A DNA stretch of 64,000 nucleotides from Nitrosopumilus sp. GTDB lineage: Archaea; Thermoproteota; Nitrososphaeria; Nitrososphaerales; Nitrosopumilaceae. Position 1 is the stretch's first letter, and every line of letters begins with the position of its first letter. The stretch covers positions 128,001-192,000 of the forward strand of contig OZ252243.1 in assembly GCA_965249555.1 (NCBI GenBank). The letters are read 5' to 3'. The position numbers were made by a program, and so were the translations under genes. The notes under the pieces were generated by a model. That model had not been told where the DNA came from, did no database searches, and worked only from the letters and a program-made list of their open reading frames with translations. Shown here one piece after another: positions 60,950 to 64,000 of this stretch.

Positions 60950-62247
60950 ATGAATTAGTTTTTGATAAAAATAATTGCCCTAAAGGATGGGAATATTCTT
61001 CTTTAGGGTTTATCACAAAAAATCATGATGGTAAACGAATTCCTGTAAGTGCTAAATTAAGAGAAAATATGAAAGGAAAATATCCATATTATGGAGCTTC
61101 TGGAATTATCGATTATGTTAACAAATCCTTATTCAATGGAAATTATCTTTTGATTAGTGAAGATGGTGCTAATCTTTTAGCTAGATCATCTCCTATTGCA
61201 TTTATTGCCAAAAGAGAATTTTGGGTAAATAATCATGCTCATGTTTTAACTACTGTGTCTAATATTCAATTAGAATTTGTATCTTTTTTCATTAATAGTA
61301 TAAATATATCAAACTGGGTAACTGGAACAGCTCAACCGAAACTTAATCAAACAAATATGAATAAAATCCCAATTTCCCTTCCTCCAATTCCCGAACAAAA
61401 AAGAATCGTCTCAAAAATTGAATCAATCTTCACACAGATTGATTCAGCTAGAGAATCATTAAAAACGATAAAAAATAATCTGAAATTGCAAAAACAATCT
61501 GTATTAAAATCTGAATTTTATTTATCGGATAAAAAATTTGATTATAAAATCTTAAATGATATGTGCATTGATATCCAATCTGGTTTTGCCCAAGGCATTA
61601 AAAATGTTGAAAATGGAACGATTCATCTTAGAATGAATAATATAACTTCTAATTTTACAATGAATTTTCAATTGTTAAGAACTATTAACGCTAGTAAAGA
61701 CCAAAAAAACAAATACCTGATACAAAAAAATGATGTTATATTTGTTAATACAAATAGTGTTGAATTAATAGGAAAATCTTCTATTTTTTCATCTGATAAA
61801 ACATGTTTATTTAGTAATCATTTGACTCGTTTACGTACTGATCCTAAATTTTTGAAACCAAAATGGTTGTTATATTATCTTTATTTCAGATGGATACGAC
61901 ATGATTTCAGACTTATGTGTAGTAAACATGTTAATCAAGCATCTATTAATACTTCTAAGATAAAATTATTCCAAATACCTGTGATTTCTATATCTGAACA
62001 ACAATTGGTTATCTCAAAAATTGAATCAATCTTTGGTAGGATTGATGCAATTGACAAAAATGTTAATGATGCATTAGTATCCCTTGACAGACTAAAAAAC
62101 AGTGTACTAAAACAAGCCTTTGAAGGTAAGCTTGTATCACAGGATCCAAATGACGAACCAGCTGAGATTTTGCTTCAAAAAATACAACAAGAAAAGCAAT
62201 TAATACAAAATACAAAACCAAGAAAAGGAAAGAAAAATGTCAAATGA
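60946..62247 (+). CDS. hsdS: Type I R-M specificity subunit
   Basis: PKGWE, two TRDs, LPPIPEQKRIVSKIE, SVLKQAFEGKLV.QDPNDEPA. Confidence 0.95.
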   Translation: MNELVFDKNNCPKGWEYSSLGFITKNHDGKRIPVSAKLRENMKGKYPYYGASGIIDYVNKSLFNGNYLLISEDGANLLARSSPIAFIAKREFWVNNHAHVLTTVSNIQLEFVSFFINSINISNWVTGTAQPKLNQTNMNKIPISLPPIPEQKRIVSKIESIFTQIDSARESLKTIKNNLKLQKQSVLKSEFYLSDKKFDYKILNDMCIDIQSGFAQGIKNVENGTIHLRMNNITSNFTMNFQLLRTINASKDQKNKYLIQKNDVIFVNTNSVELIGKSSIFSSDKTCLFSNHLTRLRTDPKFLKPKWLLYYLYFRWIRHDFRLMCSKHVNQASINTSKIKLFQIPVISISEQQLVISKIESIFGRIDAIDKNVNDALVSLDRLKNSVLKQAFEGKLVSQDPNDEPAEILLQKIQQEKQLIQNTKPRKGKKNVK

Positions 62248-63721
62248 AGCCCCAACAATTGTAGCAAAACTGTGGAATTTTTGTAACGTACTAAGAGATG
62301 ATGGAGTATCATATGGAGACTATGTTCAGCAATTGACTAATCTGCTATTCTTAAAAATGGCAGACGAGCAAACAAAGCCACCATTTAAGAAAAAATCAAT
62401 AATTCCTGCAAAATATGATTGGACTACTTTAACTGCAAAGAGTGGCAATGATTTGGAGAAACACTACAGACATGTTTTAGAGAATCTGTCTAGCGAAAAA
62501 GGATTGTTGGGAGTAATTTTCAGAAAATCCCAAAATAAAATCCAAGACCCTGCAAAATTAGAACGTTTAATCAAATTGATAGATGGTAATACAAAAGACA
62601 AGGACAAGATTCTTTGGACTGGAATGGACATCGATATCAAGGGAGAAATCTATGAAGGATTGCTTGAGAAAAATGCAGAAGATGTCAAAAGCGGTGCAGG
62701 TCAATACTTTACACCAAGAGCATTGATTTCTGCAATGGTTGATGTAATTGCGCCAAAACCAAAAGAGACAGTCGGAGATCCTGCATGTGGAACTGGTGGA
62801 TTTTTCTTGTCTGCTCATAAATACATTATCAAAAACTTTAACTTGGATCCTGATGAGAAAAATTTCTTAAAGAAAAAAACCTTCAAGGGTTGGGATATTG
62901 TAACTGAAGTGGTAAGATTGTGTGCAATGAGCATGTACCTGCACGGGATTGGGGATAAGGCAAGTCAGATTGTTGCAGGGGATTCATTAATCTCTGATCC
63001 TAGTGATAGGTTTGATATTGTAATGACGAATCCTCCATTTGGGAAAAAATCAAGCAACATTATATTTAATGAGGTAGGAAAGGCAGAACGTGAAACATTA
63101 TCTTATGAGAGAGATGACTTTTGGGCAACATCCTCAAACAAACAATTGAATTTTTTGCAACATGTAAAGACGATTCTTAAAATAAATGGTAGATGTGCTA
63201 TTGTAATTCCTGATAATGTTCTCTTTGAAGGAGGAGCAGGTGAGACCATAAGGAAAAAAATGCTAGAATATCTTAACTGTCACACATTGCTGCGATTACC
63301 AACTGGAATATTTTATGCAGGCGGGGTTAAAGCAAACGTATTGTTCTTTGATAAAAAGCCTGCAAGAACAGATGGCAAGGCATGGACTGAAAAACTGTGG
63401 ATTTATGATTTTAGAACGAACCAACACTTTACACTCAAAGAGAATCAACTATCAAGAAATAATTTAGATGACTTTGTAAAATGCTATAACACAAAAAATA
63501 TTCTAAAAAGAAAAGAAACTGAAGTATTTCATTCATATCAGTATGATGATTTGATAAAAAGAGACAAAGTATCACTGGATATCTTCTGGCTCAAAGATAA
63601 TTCTTTAGAAGACCTGGAGAATTTACCTCTGCCAAAAACATCTGCCAATGAGATTAAGGAAAACTTGAAATCTGCTTTGGAATCTATAAACAAATTAATT
63701 GTAGATCTTGATAAGAAATAA
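62237..63721 (+). CDS. hsdM: Type I R-M N6-adenine methyltransferase
   Basis: GAGQYFTPR, DPACGTGGF, NPPF, LRLPTGIFY. Confidence 0.97.
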   Translation: MSNEAPTIVAKLWNFCNVLRDDGVSYGDYVQQLTNLLFLKMADEQTKPPFKKKSIIPAKYDWTTLTAKSGNDLEKHYRHVLENLSSEKGLLGVIFRKSQNKIQDPAKLERLIKLIDGNTKDKDKILWTGMDIDIKGEIYEGLLEKNAEDVKSGAGQYFTPRALISAMVDVIAPKPKETVGDPACGTGGFFLSAHKYIIKNFNLDPDEKNFLKKKTFKGWDIVTEVVRLCAMSMYLHGIGDKASQIVAGDSLISDPSDRFDIVMTNPPFGKKSSNIIFNEVGKAERETLSYERDDFWATSSNKQLNFLQHVKTILKINGRCAIVIPDNVLFEGGAGETIRKKMLEYLNCHTLLRLPTGIFYAGGVKANVLFFDKKPARTDGKAWTEKLWIYDFRTNQHFTLKENQLSRNNLDDFVKCYNTKNILKRKETEVFHSYQYDDLIKRDKVSLDIFWLKDNSLEDLENLPLPKTSANEIKENLKSALESINKLIVDLDKK

Positions 63722-64000
63722 TTTCCATCCATGGATGATTCTGCTAAATTATCAATACCTATAACAAATTAGGATTGTTTAGATCTCATAGCTAGACATA
63801 TGATTAAGATGTATGTGAGAACAAAAAAGAGAATTAACATAAAGAGAATGAAAACAATTACAAAAAAAGAGCATAAATTATCATTATAAAATTTACAAAA
63901 AATAAAAAACTTTGAGTTTTTATTCATTATCAAATTTTAGTATCTCTTCCAATGAATCAGATACAGTAAAAAATATTAGTCCACTATCCCATTCCCAATA

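Overview
AT-rich archaeal window that looks like Nitrosopumilaceae (Thaumarchaeota). Support: methylmalonyl-CoA mutase subunits with MeaB, a phaE/phaC/phasin/AbrB PHA cluster, TFB/TBP and Nre. Core genes (mcm, ilvC, metG, ahcY, nadE, cysS, ychF-like, birA, msrA) are interrupted by three small accessory inserts (~9.4-13.1 kb, ~15.6-19.7 kb, ~21.5-24.4 kb). From ~43.1 kb to the end of the window runs a large, decaying mobile/defence island with IS6-like, IS110, IS630 and IS1595 remnants, a ParB-like gene, Kiwa, an extra TBP, an integrase, HicAB, and type I R-M M+S with only a ghost of hsdR. Most notable: (1) a two-gene cassette bounded by a perfect 15-bp direct repeat, encoding an ORC/CDC6-like ATPase fused to a C-terminal SIR2-like domain plus a Rossmann-like partner, a candidate undescribed anti-viral system; (2) a tRNA with a serine-type body but a Phe (GAA) anticodon; (3) a candidate bridge/seek RNA behind an IS110 remnant, containing a 10-nt copy of the presumed element end; (4) an unannotated 29-aa Gly/Pro/Asn microprotein with its own promoter-like and terminator-like signals. 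All family assignments come from motif recognition by eye; no searches were run.
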